Assembly (NCBI GenBank): GCA_965153285.1
Contig: OZ229111.1
DNA length: 64,000 bases
Strand: one strand, 5' to 3'
Source: Podarcis tiliguerta
Lineage: Eukaryota
In this document: positions 53,101 through 63,310 of the stretch, piece by piece
Layout of the letters: every line of letters begins with the position of its first letter
Position numbering within the stretch: the stretch's first letter is position 1
Notes under the pieces: model-generated
What the model was told of the DNA's origin: nothing
The model's database searches: none
What the model saw: the letters and a program-made list of their open reading frames with translations, nothing else
Translations under genes and position numbers: made by a program

Positions 53101-56100
53101 ACACCTAGAAAGCAGTGCAGTGGTACCTCAGGTTACATACGCTTCAGGTTACATACGCTTCAGTTCACAGACTCCGCTAACCCAGAAATAGTGCTTCAAG
53201 TTAAGAACTTTGCTTCAGGATGAGAACAGAAATTGTGTTCCGGCGGCGCGGCGGCAGCAAGGGCCCCCATTAGTTAAAGTGGTGCTTCAGGTTAAGAACA
53301 GTTTCAGGTTAAGAACGGACCTCCAGAACGAATTAAGTACTTAACCCGAGGTACCACTGTATTTATCAGTGTGGTATCCAGCAAGCTTGAATAAATCCTC
53401 CTTCAGAGCCTTGGTGTAGATGAGAAATTTTGCTTCTTATAGGGGCGTTGGCTTTAAAGGAAGGCAGTGGAAGGCCCTGAAGCCTCAAATTCTCTATTTA
53501 TCCGCAAAAGGCTCATTGGGATGAAACACTGTCATGATGCTATACTGCGTGACTTCAAGGTTAGAGGCTTCTATTGCAATCCACTTTTAGATATCACCAC
53601 ATCTTAAATTAAATGATCCCTAATCTGCAGAGCAAATGATCAAAGCCCAGAGATGCTTGACTCAGACAAGCAGACCAAGCATAGTCTTGCCCTGTCTTTA
53701 CTGATAACAAACAGCAAAATAATAAAAATAAAATCAGCCACAGGCCAGTGTCACAAAGCCAAGGATGGAGAATTTGTGATTCTCCAGATGCAGTTAAGAC
53801 TCCAACTCCCATCAGTCCCCTGTCATTACTGCCAATAAACAGGAATAATGGGAGTTGAAGTCCACCAATACTTGGGAGTGTCACAGAGTCCCCATCGCTT
53901 CATGAGGTCAACCTGAGGCTGATTTTGGCAGTGCAGAAGTACTTCAAATAATGTACCACAGATCCTTCCCCTACCCCAAATACCACAAACGGAAAGATGC
54001 ACACATATTTAAAAACAGCTTAGATTGATGCAAACTGGAATCCTTGTTCTGTGGCCTAGCTGAAGCCAGAGCCCTACAGCATTTCAGTATAGCTGAAGTT
54101 GTCCAAGTACAATGATTTAAAATTCTAAGTGTAGCTGTCAATGGACTCGGGTTCAGACTCAGTTCAGAGAGACATAGAGTTCAAGTTTCTCAAATAGGAC
54201 TTTATTAAAAGGTTGAATGAAAGACCCATAAAGCACTTTAAAAATTCACAAAGAGCCACAAAGTGATTTAATCAAGCAGAGAAATCCCAGAGGTGTTACC
54301 ATTTCCCTGCCACAAACCTCCATGCTTCTGAGACATTAAAATGTAAATAGAAAAAAACCACCACATAAACATAAAGTTCCAGTCCAGACTAGAGCTGCCA
54401 TTTTTGGCCTGTTGGTACAGGTGTGAAACAGATGGTGCCATCCCTATCTGTAAGCAGCAAGATGGGAGAATATCATGAATTGTGCAAAAGGGGGTATTGA
54501 GAGAGAGGACTAAAGCTTCTTACCGGAAGTTGCCAGCTTTCATCCAAGAAACTGGAATTCTACAAACAGAAAGAATGGCAAACTATGAGAGGTCAAGCCA
54601 GAGGTTAAAAGGAAAGATGGGAAAATACAGCTATTAATCCAGCCTTGTTCGGACTACATCTCTCGTCAGAACCAGCCAGGATGTGCTCCCTGGAGCTGCT
54701 GGGAGTTGTAAATCAAAACATCTGGAGGGTATTAAGCAGTGGAAGCTGCATGAAACTTAGGTCCCCAAATCATCAACTACTGTACCTGCAAATCTAGGGA
54801 GAAATTCATTTCTGTCACCACCAGCATCAGAGAGAGGAAAGGCTCTGGAAGGAGGAAATAAGAGAATCAAAAATTGCTGCCGGATTTCTGACCAACTTTA
54901 TACATTCATTTATCGGTAAGTCAAGGGACACACTGAGAATACGAACCAAGAAATCTCAAACTTGCAATGGAAGCAAGACTCCCTAAAGTAATATTTGAGC
55001 CTTTCAAAAATGTAACCAACACAGAACAAAGGCAAGTTTCTCAGCTGGCGCCACTCACTTGTACCTCACACAGATTGAACAGAAAATAAAATCTTTACAA
55101 ATAGTAACGGTGGTTCTCACAGATCAGCTGCATCATGCCTTGGTGGGCAGGTGTGTGAGGTCACTCAGGTTGCACCAACAGGTTGAGAAGGCGAAATGGG
55201 AACTTTGCCCACAGGCTCAATCAAGCCGTATACACGAGAAGGATTCAGCAGCTGCTTATACCGTGTAGCAGTTAAAATTGTGTAGAGATCTGCAATCCCT
55301 CCATAGCTACTCTGGGAATCTAAAGAAGCAGATTGGTGGTGACTCTGGATCTAAGCACATAGCTGGAAGCTTCAGGCAGTCACCTTCCTAGGAAGCTATA
55401 CATGTCACACTATCAGCTTGTAAGTGACAACTGTGCTGCTCTGAACCATATGAATCTCCATAAATTTAAATAATTTTTTAAAATATGAGTTGAGGCGGCG
55501 GCTGTGTGGGACTTGCATTTCCCCAAGCAATTACCTGCCTCTCCTCAGGGAAGCCTGCCTCACATCCAGGAACCACGGCAATAAAGTCTCATCGCCACTT
55601 GGCATTCATCTCCTCAAACCAGATTGTGGGGAATTCAGTGTCCAGAATTCAACTGCCTTCCAGGTGAAGTTGTTAAATGAAGCCTGACCCAGTAGCGGAT
55701 CCCACAACAGTGATAAGGAAAAAGTCACCATACAAATAGCTTTTGGGATGATATTCTAATAGAAAACAGGTAAGGAAATGCACTTTTCTGCACTTTAATC
55801 CACAACACATTACCCTTCCCCAGAGAAAAGCACTAAAAGGAAGTATGGCTCTTTTCTCTTCTCGTTCCCAATAAGGACACTGCAACCTTGGCTATGAGCC
55901 AAACTGTAGTTGCCCTCACCTTCATGCCTCCTGGTGCCACTGAGATCTGCTTCCCATGTAATGAAGGCAAACACGAGCTTACCACTATTGTGTGTGCACA
56001 TGGTTAGAGACCCATGGCTAGTCCCAGCTCCCTGGGTGCTAAGAACATAAGAGCTGTTGGAAATGTGTGTTTGTCACATACAAACACAAAGATTTAAACA

Positions 56101-56521
56101 CATACATTAGAGACCTTGACCTCTTTGGAAGGCTGTAAATAAAATGACCTAATTGAACATGGCAAAGTGTGAAGCAGACTTCTTTGTTGCTGCACATGGA
56201 CAATTATTGGTGGGAGAGGTGAAAGAGAAGGGTGAAGGGGCCAGGAAAAGTCACAGATCAATCCTCAGCAATACTACAGAACACTTACGTTTACTATTTA
56301 CAGCAACATGATTGAGGAAAAAGCTGAGAAGAGGAGTAACGGAAGAAAAATGTGGAAACAAGACAAAAGGGAGTAACATAAAACTCAAAACAGCAGAATC
56401 CTGTAACTGATCACCCTTAATGAAGTAACAAATAATGAGCCACAATTTTAATGAGTCCTGAAGAAGATTCAGTTGCTTGCATTTTGAAAGGCTCGTTATG
56501 GGAAAACCTGCCGGTGTTACT

Positions 56522-56571
<50 letters not shown>

Positions 56572-59500
56572 TTTTGGTGTAAGAATGTGCAAGCTTATGA
56601 ACGGCATGAAGGCTTTCATCCTATTTTTTTAGGCCTCCAGACAGCAATGGCACAATCTCGACACGTCTGGCACTTCAGAAACCTATATAATACATTGACT
56701 AGCTGGAGGTTAAGGATGATTTTAATAACCCCAGAGCTCAAAACAGATGTTGTTACATACTACACAGATAGTGCCTCCAAGGCAAGCATGAAACGGTGCA
56801 TCTGCCTTGCCAGCAAAGCTTATAAAAGGACCTGACAATCTGTGAGTCCAGAAAGGAGGGTATCACAATGAGAAAGACAAAAACCAGCCACTGATGTGGA
56901 GGGAGGGCACAGCAGAATTCACTGGCAAGGGAAACGTGGAGCTACCAGAGGCTGCAAGCCTTTTCACAGGTAGAGGGCCTCAGCAGCATCCTGGATGCCA
57001 CGGGTTAACAGGGCACACAAAGAACTCAAGTGTACGGCCTTAACCACCTTATCACCTAGCATTGTTGTTGGATGAGATTCCACAGTGGGACTGTGCAGAA
57101 TATCATATCTACATTGGTCCTGCAATATGCCTGTACTTTATTGAAACAAATATGCCCGTTCACAACTTTATAATTAGCAACCTTGGGGATGCGAGGGTTT
57201 TTTTTAAACAAACAAACAAACAAACAAACAACATTAATTGCATCCTTTTAATAATAAAATGCGGTTATTATGTAGCCAATATGCAACACATCACTGGGCA
57301 AACTAGACATGTTGGCAACAGACTTGTGTGTCAGAAAGTTTCCTGATTCCTTATAAAAACTGGAGTGGGCAATATAAAGTGCTACACTTACTCTGCCCCT
57401 TACCTGGGCATCATTTGCCCTATACATTTAAAACAGTATCATACCACTTTAGGCTAAGGGCATTTAAACTTGTTAGGACGCTCTGGTACTAGGTTAGGAC
57501 ACACCTGTTTAAGATGTATGGTGAAGATGGGCCTTAACTCCAATGAAGAATAAATTTAGACATCAAGAATGCTGCCATTGAGCTCTGGTACCTTTTCAAC
57601 TTTGTACAGTGCAGAACCCAGTAATTCAAAAGCAAGGTTGTTATAAAGCAAGGCACAATAAATTTCAGTAACATACTGTGCTACAACAGAATGCAAAATG
57701 ACTCTCAGGGCACTTGTTATAACTTCCAGAGGCAGCCATGTTAATGCATTTTGTAGCCAAGCAACAAGAAGTCTTCTAGCACCTTAAGGCCTAATACATT
57801 TAATACAGCACAAGCTTTTGGAGAATAAGAGTCCACTTCATTAGTGTGATGACCTGCTCTCTTGCACAATGCAATGAGTGTACAGAGATGACTCTTACCA
57901 GATAAGTCTTCATTGCCTAGGATGGAGGTCATTGGATCATACCACTGAAATAAAAACAACTCTGAATAATTATAATAATTTAAATAAGCTGACCACAAAG
58001 GTACGTACGCATCAGGAACAGGAAACAATTATTAACCATCATAATATCTAGAAAGGAGCATTAATTTAGGTTTGGGATTTTAGGGTCGTCGTTCCCCCCC
58101 CCCCCCCCCAGTTTAGGAGCTAAGTATTACCACTAGCAGGATCACAGGAAGCTGTCTAACACTAAACCAGGCCATCGGTCCACCTCAATCAGTACTATTC
58201 ACACTGACTAGCAATTGGCTCTCCAGGGGCACAGGAAGGAATATGCCACATCTACCTGTAGGTGGAACTTGAGATGTTCTGCAAGTAAAGCATATGCTTT
58301 GCCGCTGAGTTATAGCTCTTCCCCAAATGGGGCCATAGGTTTAACTGCCAAGTTATAATGAACAATTGCAGATTCTTTCTGTTAAAGAACATTAGCCCTA
58401 GACTGAGTACATTTAAAAATCAGCACTGGTTTCAAGATTATAAGCATGGCGAATACAGGAATATCCCGCAGACCAGGTCTTTAGCAAAGCACACCTACTA
58501 ACTTATGTGTCCACCCGACGGAGGCCCCAAGAAAAGAGCATAACAAAGACAGGTGTCTGAGTACTCTTATTATTCAAAATAACTTCTCCTTTTAATTGCT
58601 CTGAATTACGTCATGTCCCCACCTCAAGCAGCCTGGAAGATCTGATCAACTGCTTAACAGCAACAGCTAGTAACTTCCTATTCAAAGCCAGGCGCAGGAA
58701 GTACCGCCCTCGTCCTTGTGCTGTCAGCACCTTCTCACAGGAATTAGTTTTCTCAATCATCATTGACAGGAGGGTCATGCTATAGGAAGAAAAGACTTTG
58801 TTATCACGGGGTACAGAAACAAAAACCACGTTCAAGTCACTTCAAATGGAGATGGTTCTATTTCAGGGTGAAAAATTATGCCCCCCCCTGCCATCCTTTC
58901 CTTGATACCCCTCAAAAGTCAGCATGAAGGATTCTGGGAATTGTGACTCCCCTGTGAAGCAGGTCAGATTCCTAATACCCCCCACTCCCACCACAGGCCA
59001 ATTTGGACAGGTGAGCAGGACCACCCATCTGTCAGTCATCTGGCATCATGGTGATGTCAATGTGACTGAGAGCTTTTAAAGTTCAAAGACGGTCCCTGTA
59101 AAATGGAAGTCTAAAGGAAAATGGCCATTGTGTGAGACACACACTCTCTTGAACTTAAAAGAAGGTGATGCCAAAAGCCAAACAACCGTATGGGTATTAT
59201 TACAAAAACTATGAGCACCTCTAATTGTGGGGCGACCTCGGAGTGTAAGAAGAACCCTGCTGGATCAGGGCAAAAGCCCATCTAGTCCAGCATCCCATTT
59301 CTCAGAGTGACCAACCAGATGCCTGTCGGACAACCAGACGGCCACAAACAGGATATGAACACCATAGTTACTCATTTATGGACATCAGGTTAAATAAGAA
59401 GAATTGTGAGAGGAGGATAAGAAAAAGCAGAAAATTAATAAAAGCCTGTAGCTGTAATCATGCTTATACAGTGGTACCTTGGGTTAAGTACTTAATTCGT

Positions 59501-61510
59501 TCCGGAGGTCCGTACTTAACCTGAAACTGTTCTTAACCTGAAGCACCACTTTAGATCATGGGGCCTCCTGCTGCTGCCGTGCCGCCGGAGCACGATTTCT
59601 GTTCTTATCCTGAAGTAAAGTTTTTAACCTGAAGCACTATTTCTGGGTTAGCGGAGTCTGTAACCTGAAGCGTATGTAACCTGAAGCGTATGTAACCCGA
59701 GGTACCACTGTATATAAAAAGGAAAAGCAGAAAATCAAGTTCCTCTTACATTTGCAGTATCATAAAGTACAGGCCACCCACCTGGGATGGGTTACTTGCG
59801 GAAGCTGTTCCAGCCAGTGCCAATAGTCCTTTCTCTTGAACCCCAGAACGGGCTCTGAGGAAGACAAGACGACTTTCCTTTAGGAAGAAAAGCAGCACAG
59901 CAAAGCGCTGCATCGCACAACCAAAGATTACAGGCACCATTTCCTTGGCACCAGGAGGTGCTCAGTTAGAGCACATTTACACTGGACGCATTCCTTGGGG
60001 GTTCAGGGTGCTGCCAGGAAGGCTCTGGTTCACTCTGTTGCACACATCGGCAATCTGTGCATGGTGAAAGGCTGGCAAGTGTGATGTTTTCTACTGCAAC
60101 CCCCCTCCACACACACACCAAACGCTTTTGCACCAGCAGAAACTGCAATTAGATTTTGCAACTTATGCAGATTTCTGATATCTGCAACAAGACACGAATC
60201 CCTCTCCCACCTCGGTCTCTGTACTGCAGTGGTCGTCTACATTGCCACTGCAAACTCCCTCATATGACATGCCTGATCAACCCTTCAATCTTCAACAATT
60301 TTAAACTGCATTGATGGAAAGAACCCTGGAAACCCTAGTTCTGGAAGGGTACTAAGACCTCTGAAATATAAAAATTGTAGTGGTCAGAGTTCTTTGGGAA
60401 CAATAAAAAGTACAGTCAAACCTTGGAAGTGGAACGCAATCCGTTCCAGAAGGACAATTGACTTCCGAAATATTTAATTTCCGAGGCGCAGCTTCTGACT
60501 GGCTCTTGCAATCAGAAGAGCCAATCGGAAGCTGCTTGTCTGCCACGTCAGACGTTCGGCTTCCGAGGCATGTTTGAAAACCAGAACACTTACTTCCGTT
60601 GACGTTCGGGAGCCGAAACGTACGGCAATGTAGACGATCGGAAACCGAGGTGTGACTGTAGATTTATGAGATTAGTGGTCTTAAAAGGGCTGGGGGAAAA
60701 CTGTCTTTTCCTGGCTACAAAGGACCCCAAAGAAGCCACCAGATGAGCCTCTCTGGGAACAATATTCTGCTGCTGAAGTGTCATCATCACCACCGCCAGC
60801 AACAAATTACGCTTAGGGCCAGCATCATGGGTGGGCATGGCTAAGCACTTGCCTAAGGCCCACACCTCAGGAGGGGCTCAGTGACTGGAGCCCCCGGGAC
60901 CTGCTTCTCCTCTTCACCACTTATCTGCTTCTCACTCTTGCAAGAAGGTGGTGGTGAGAAGGAGGTGGAGCTGCCACTGCCTGCTTGCTCACTGGGTCTG
61001 TTTGCCATGTAAGCAGGTGGCAGCAATGATGAGGCAGAGGAGGAAACAGCAGCTGGCAACAACGGCAGGGAGGGGGCAGATAGACAGGGGGAGGGAGTCT
61101 TGCCCTGGGGCCCCCACCAGCAGAGATGGCACTGGCTGCACCTTACCTGGCAGTGAGATCAGCTTCACAGGGCTAGGGCCTCTGAAGTAAAAATCCAGGG
61201 AGATACATATAGGAGGAGGTGAACTTTCAGGGATTATTATTACTTATTATTATTAAAAATACTTCCAGCCCACCTTTCCTTGTAGGGCTGGTGCCGTCCC
61301 ACTATTGCCCCCAACTGCAGTGCAACCCGCTCCCCGCAAAGGGAAATCTCCATACACAGTATTCAAACACTGTCCATCTTTGGTACAGAAAAAGCCACTC
61401 ACGTTTTATTCCTTTGCGAAGGATCATTTCCAGGACCTCACAAAAGGACTGTAAGTGTGGGGAGGTGTCTGTGTAAGGGCTGCTGCTCCCCTGAAGGTTG
61501 AGGATACATA
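40645..61510 (-). CDS. Uncharacterised RUN-PDZ-PTB domain adaptor protein, 15 coding exons in window (414 full codons + stop); first coding exon probably beyond window end
   Basis: Exons 61403-61510, 59782-59854, 58623-58779, 57899-57944, 54786-54844, 54524-54559, 53052-53104, 50318-50450, 48287-48483, 46963-47008, 46795-46860, 42803-42862, 42409-42491, 41048-41142, 40645-40679; all AG/GT bounded, phases chain without stops (1247 nt = 2 + 415 codons). Confidence 0.92.
41048..41142 (-). CDS. RUN-PDZ-PTB gene exon (VSPESSEQSTFDCLVFESNTEDESEEIIRRI)
   Basis: tag| acceptor, G|GTAAGG donor; PTB FxCxVF strand and C-terminal helix. Confidence 0.9.
42409..42491 (-). CDS. RUN-PDZ-PTB gene exon (VLFRYSYTDISCVGRRLDSNNLFAFCSV)
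   Basis: cag| acceptor, GT|GTGAGT donor; PTB IS...FAF motif. Confidence 0.9.
42803..42862 (-). CDS. RUN-PDZ-PTB gene exon (EVLFDVKETEVVVQEKAASK)
   Basis: cag| acceptor, AAG|GTTAGA donor. Confidence 0.87.
44505..44726. mobile_element. Tc1/mariner MITE, family A (opposite orientation to 23089)
   Basis: TA|CAGTGGTACCTCGGGTTAC...CGAGGTACCAATG|TA. Confidence 0.88.
46795..46860 (-). CDS. RUN-PDZ-PTB gene exon (YGSKEVLDQGIPMVLEKHLPRQ)
   Basis: cag| acceptor, CAG|GTACGT donor. Confidence 0.88.
46963..47008 (-). CDS. RUN-PDZ-PTB gene exon (LLYNLRYLGHVNVGK), PTB start
   Basis: cag| acceptor, AAG|GTGAGA donor; YxxxYLGxVxV PTB signature. Confidence 0.9.
47832..47969. mobile_element. Degenerate hAT-like MITE
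   Basis: cagggg..tttttt / aaaaatagcactg termini with internal inverted ggaactc/gagttcc. Confidence 0.5.
48287..48483 (-). CDS. RUN-PDZ-PTB gene exon (AGTVLQKYKGKPLSFRLIRWKW...DRCLQGGR), PDZ end and linker
   Basis: cag| acceptor, AG|GTAGGG donor, 197 nt. Confidence 0.9.
48598..49101. mobile_element. Longer (about 500 bp) Tc1/mariner non-autonomous element with internal 20-bp tandem repeats
   Basis: TA|CAGTGGTACCTTGGT...ACCAAGGTACCACTG|TA; tttgagtgttacgcttctga-like units near 48695-48770. Confidence 0.82.
49130..49385 (+). mobile_element. Decayed CR1 LINE fragment
   Basis: ttcagtctgggaaagacaca..tcagagg..atgacagcc...aaatatctg...gaaagaacttcctgac is typical of the CR1 ORF2 end. Confidence 0.6.
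50078..50121. repeat. (GAAA)n microsatellite
   Basis: Direct reading. Confidence 0.95.
50318..50450 (-). CDS. RUN-PDZ-PTB gene exon (YLDGRIFIVNVLPQSQAAVDEVVLVGDVIDEINGSSLRNACNGQ), PDZ core
   Basis: cag| acceptor, CAG|GTGTGA donor; IFIxxVxxxSxAxxxxxxxxGDxIxEING PDZ pattern. Confidence 0.93.
50466..50718 (-). mobile_element. tRNA-derived squamate SINE (Squam3-like) with (TTC)n tail
   Basis: Minus-strand head GAGCCAGTGTGGTGTAGTGGTTAAGAGC (A box)...GGTTCGCGTCTCC (B box); older relatives near 46282-46500 (+) and 63770-63925 (-). Confidence 0.82.
52372..52483. mobile_element. Short hAT MITE inserted in an older SINE
   Basis: caggcgtagggaaact...agtttgccgatgcttg; 8-bp flanks gtttaggt/gtttaggc; relatives near 10424-10560, 22800-22890, 50901-51040, 53758-53900, 54640-54740. 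Confidence 0.7.
52705..52763 (+). mobile_element. CR1 3' end
   Basis: ggactagaagacc...ttccaactctacaattctatgatt (CR1 ATTCTATG terminal unit). Confidence 0.7.
53052..53104 (-). CDS. RUN-PDZ-PTB gene exon (VCLTYETVPCRELGMVLR), PDZ GLGF-equivalent loop
   Basis: tag| acceptor, AG|GTAAGA donor. Confidence 0.88.
53118..53359. mobile_element. Tc1/mariner MITE, family A (same orientation as 44505)
   Basis: CAGTGGTACCTC...GAGGTACCACTG|TA; duplicated internal unit ggttacatacgcttca. Confidence 0.88.
54524..54559 (-). CDS. RUN-PDZ-PTB gene exon (NSSFLDESWQLP)
   Basis: tag| acceptor, CCG|GTAAGA donor, 36 nt, phase 0/0. Confidence 0.85.
54786..54844 (-). CDS. RUN-PDZ-PTB gene exon (EPFLSLMLVVTEMNFSLDLQ)
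   Basis: cag| acceptor, CAG|GTACAG donor; RUN C-terminal FxL block. Confidence 0.88.
56524..56570. repeat. (CA)n microsatellite
   Basis: Direct reading. Confidence 0.95.
57899..57944 (-). CDS. RUN-PDZ-PTB gene exon (WYDPMTSILGNEDLS)
   Basis: cag| acceptor, G|GTAAGA donor; RUN WYxxxSIL motif. Confidence 0.88.
58623..58779 (-). CDS. RUN-PDZ-PTB gene exon (MTLLSMMIEKTNSCEKVLTAQGRGRYFLRLALNRKLLAVAVKQLIRSSRLLE)
   Basis: tag| acceptor, GAG|GTGGGG donor; RUN core GRxRxxxRLALxxKxL. Confidence 0.92.
59469..59710. mobile_element. Tc1/mariner MITE, family A (same orientation as 23089)
   Basis: TA|CAGTGGTACCT...GAGGTACCACTG|TA. Confidence 0.88.
59782..59854 (-). CDS. RUN-PDZ-PTB gene exon (QPVLGFKRKDYWHWLEQLPQVTHPS)
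   Basis: cag| acceptor, AG|GTGGGT donor; RUN DYWxxLE-like motif; this frame is not in the ORF track. Confidence 0.88.
60413..60658. mobile_element. Tc1/mariner (Tigger-like) MITE, family B
   Basis: TA|CAGTCAAACCTTGG...CCGAGGTGTGACTG|TA; related to 18394-18612. Confidence 0.78.
61403..61510 (-). CDS. RUN-PDZ-PTB gene exon (xCILNLQGSSSPYTDTSPHLQSFCEVLEMILRKGIK), RUN block A
   Basis: (CT)n-rich acceptor cag|, C|GTGAGT donor; FCxxLExILxxGxK RUN motif. Confidence 0.9.
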
Positions 61511-61616
61511 CTGAAGGAGAGAGAGAGAGAGAGAGAGGTTTCAAATACAGACTGGCAATAGAATGAGTTAAAATCTAATATTTGTATTTTTGCTATACTT
61601 TTCTTCTGTTAAGATA

Positions 61617-62145
61617 GGTAAAGGTAAAGGGACCCCTGACCGTTAGGTCCAGTTGCGGACGACTGTAGGGTTGGGGTGCTCATCTTGCTTTATTGGCCAA
61701 GGGAGCTGGCGTACAGCTTCCAGGTCATGTGGCCACAGTGGCGTAGCGTGGGGGGTGCAGGGGGGGCCGGCCGCACCGGGCGCAACATCTGGGGGTTAGG
61801 GTTAGGGGCGCAAATCCACGGGTTAGGGGGCGCAAATCCACGGGTTAGCGGGTGCAAATTACTTGCCTTGCCCCGGGTGCTGACAACCCACGCTACGCCA
61901 CTGTGTGGCCAGCAGGACTAAGCCGCTTCTGGCGAACCAGAGCAGTGCATGGTAACGCCGTTTACCTTCCCGTTGGAGCGGTACTATTTATCTACTTGCA
62001 CTTTGATGTGCTTTTGACCTGCTAGGTTGGCAGGAGTAGGGACTGAACAATGGGAGCTCACCCCGTCGCAGGGATTCAAACCACCGACCTTCTGATCGGC
62101 AAGCCCTAGGCTCTGTGGTTTAACCCACAGTGCCACCCGCGTCCC
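61617..62145 (-). mobile_element. Sauria SINE, full length, interrupted by a hAT MITE
   Basis: (ACCTTT)n tail (ggtaaaggtaaagg), tRNA-like 5' head GGGACGCGGGTGGCACTGTGGGTTAAACCAC on minus strand; TSD ttctgttaagata at 61604-61616 and 62146-62158. Confidence 0.9.
61736..61903. mobile_element. Young hAT MITE (168 bp) with TTAGGG-containing internal repeats
   Basis: Perfect 17-bp TIR cagtggcgtagcgtggg; perfect 8-bp TSD tgtggcca. Confidence 0.9.
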
Positions 62146-62769
62146 TTCTGTTAAGATACCAAAGCCCTAATTGATAAGACTATAGTACAGAGCTTGGGAA
62201 GGTGTCTTTAAGAAGGGCAGTTCCCCATTCCCACCCTCCAAAGCAAGCTATCATGCCCTGATGCTACAGAAGTTCCCAGCTCTCCTTTGTCTCTGGGTTG
62301 GCAACTGGAGAGGAGGGGCTAGAAGGTGTACCCCACACAGCTGGAATTAGTCCAGGGCCATCTGGTTGCTGACTTCTGCAAATCTTAAACTACAAGGCTA
62401 CTCCTTCCCTGATCATGGCATGTACAGAATCTCTGAGAACACAACTTTGGGTGCCAAGGCATGGTCCGAAGCACATTATGCAACCACCTTGCTAAAGCTG
62501 TCTCTTCCTTTTGCCAGTTCTCAGAACTTTTGGGGAGTGGGGGTATATTTCAAATAATTTGAAAACTGGGAGGTACTGTTCCTATTTACAGAGAGGTAGC
62601 CTTCTTTATCTATCTGCAGCAGCAGAAATAGAAAAAGGTTTTGTGGCACCTTGAAGACTAAGAGATTCCAGAGTTTAACACGCACTACATCAAGACTTTC
62701 TTCTCTCTGACCTGAATCTTCCAGCATTTGACTTCCCTGAATGTCCATGAGTTGTAGTCTTATGAGAAA

Positions 62770-63310
62770 GAAAAAAACTTTCCTGTATCCACTTTCTCTG
62801 TGCCATACATAATTTTGTAAAGTTCCATGGTCTCCTACTTGCCTTTCTCTAAATCTTTAAAAAATCCCAAATGCTGCAACTTTTCTTCACAAGGGAGTTG
62901 CTCCCCCCCCATCATTTTATTTATCCTTTTCTTAACCTTTTCCAACTCTAAAATATTCTTTTTGAGATGAGGTAACCAGAACTGTACACAGCATTCCAAA
63001 TGCAGTTGTACCACATATTTGTCGTATTATATTAGCCGTTTTATTTTCAATTCCTTTCCTGCTGAACTGTGGCATGGAATTTGCCCTTTTCAAGTCTGCT
63101 GCACACTGGGCTGATGTCTTCATTGAGCTATGAACTACTACCCCAAAGTCTCTTGTCTTGATGCATTACTGCCACTTTAGACCCCATGAGCATATACGTG
63201 AAATTAAGCCCTTTTTTTGCCCCAGAGTGCATCACTTTACACTTGTTTGCACTGAACTGCATTTGCCGTTTTCCCACCCATTCACTCAGATTGGAGAGGT
63301 CCTTACAGCA
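62770..63310 (-). mobile_element. Decayed CR1 LINE ORF2 fragment
   Basis: Translation KDLSNLSEWVGKRQMQFSANKCKVMHSG...FTYMLMGS is typical of the CR1 RT C-terminus; frameshifted. Confidence 0.8.
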
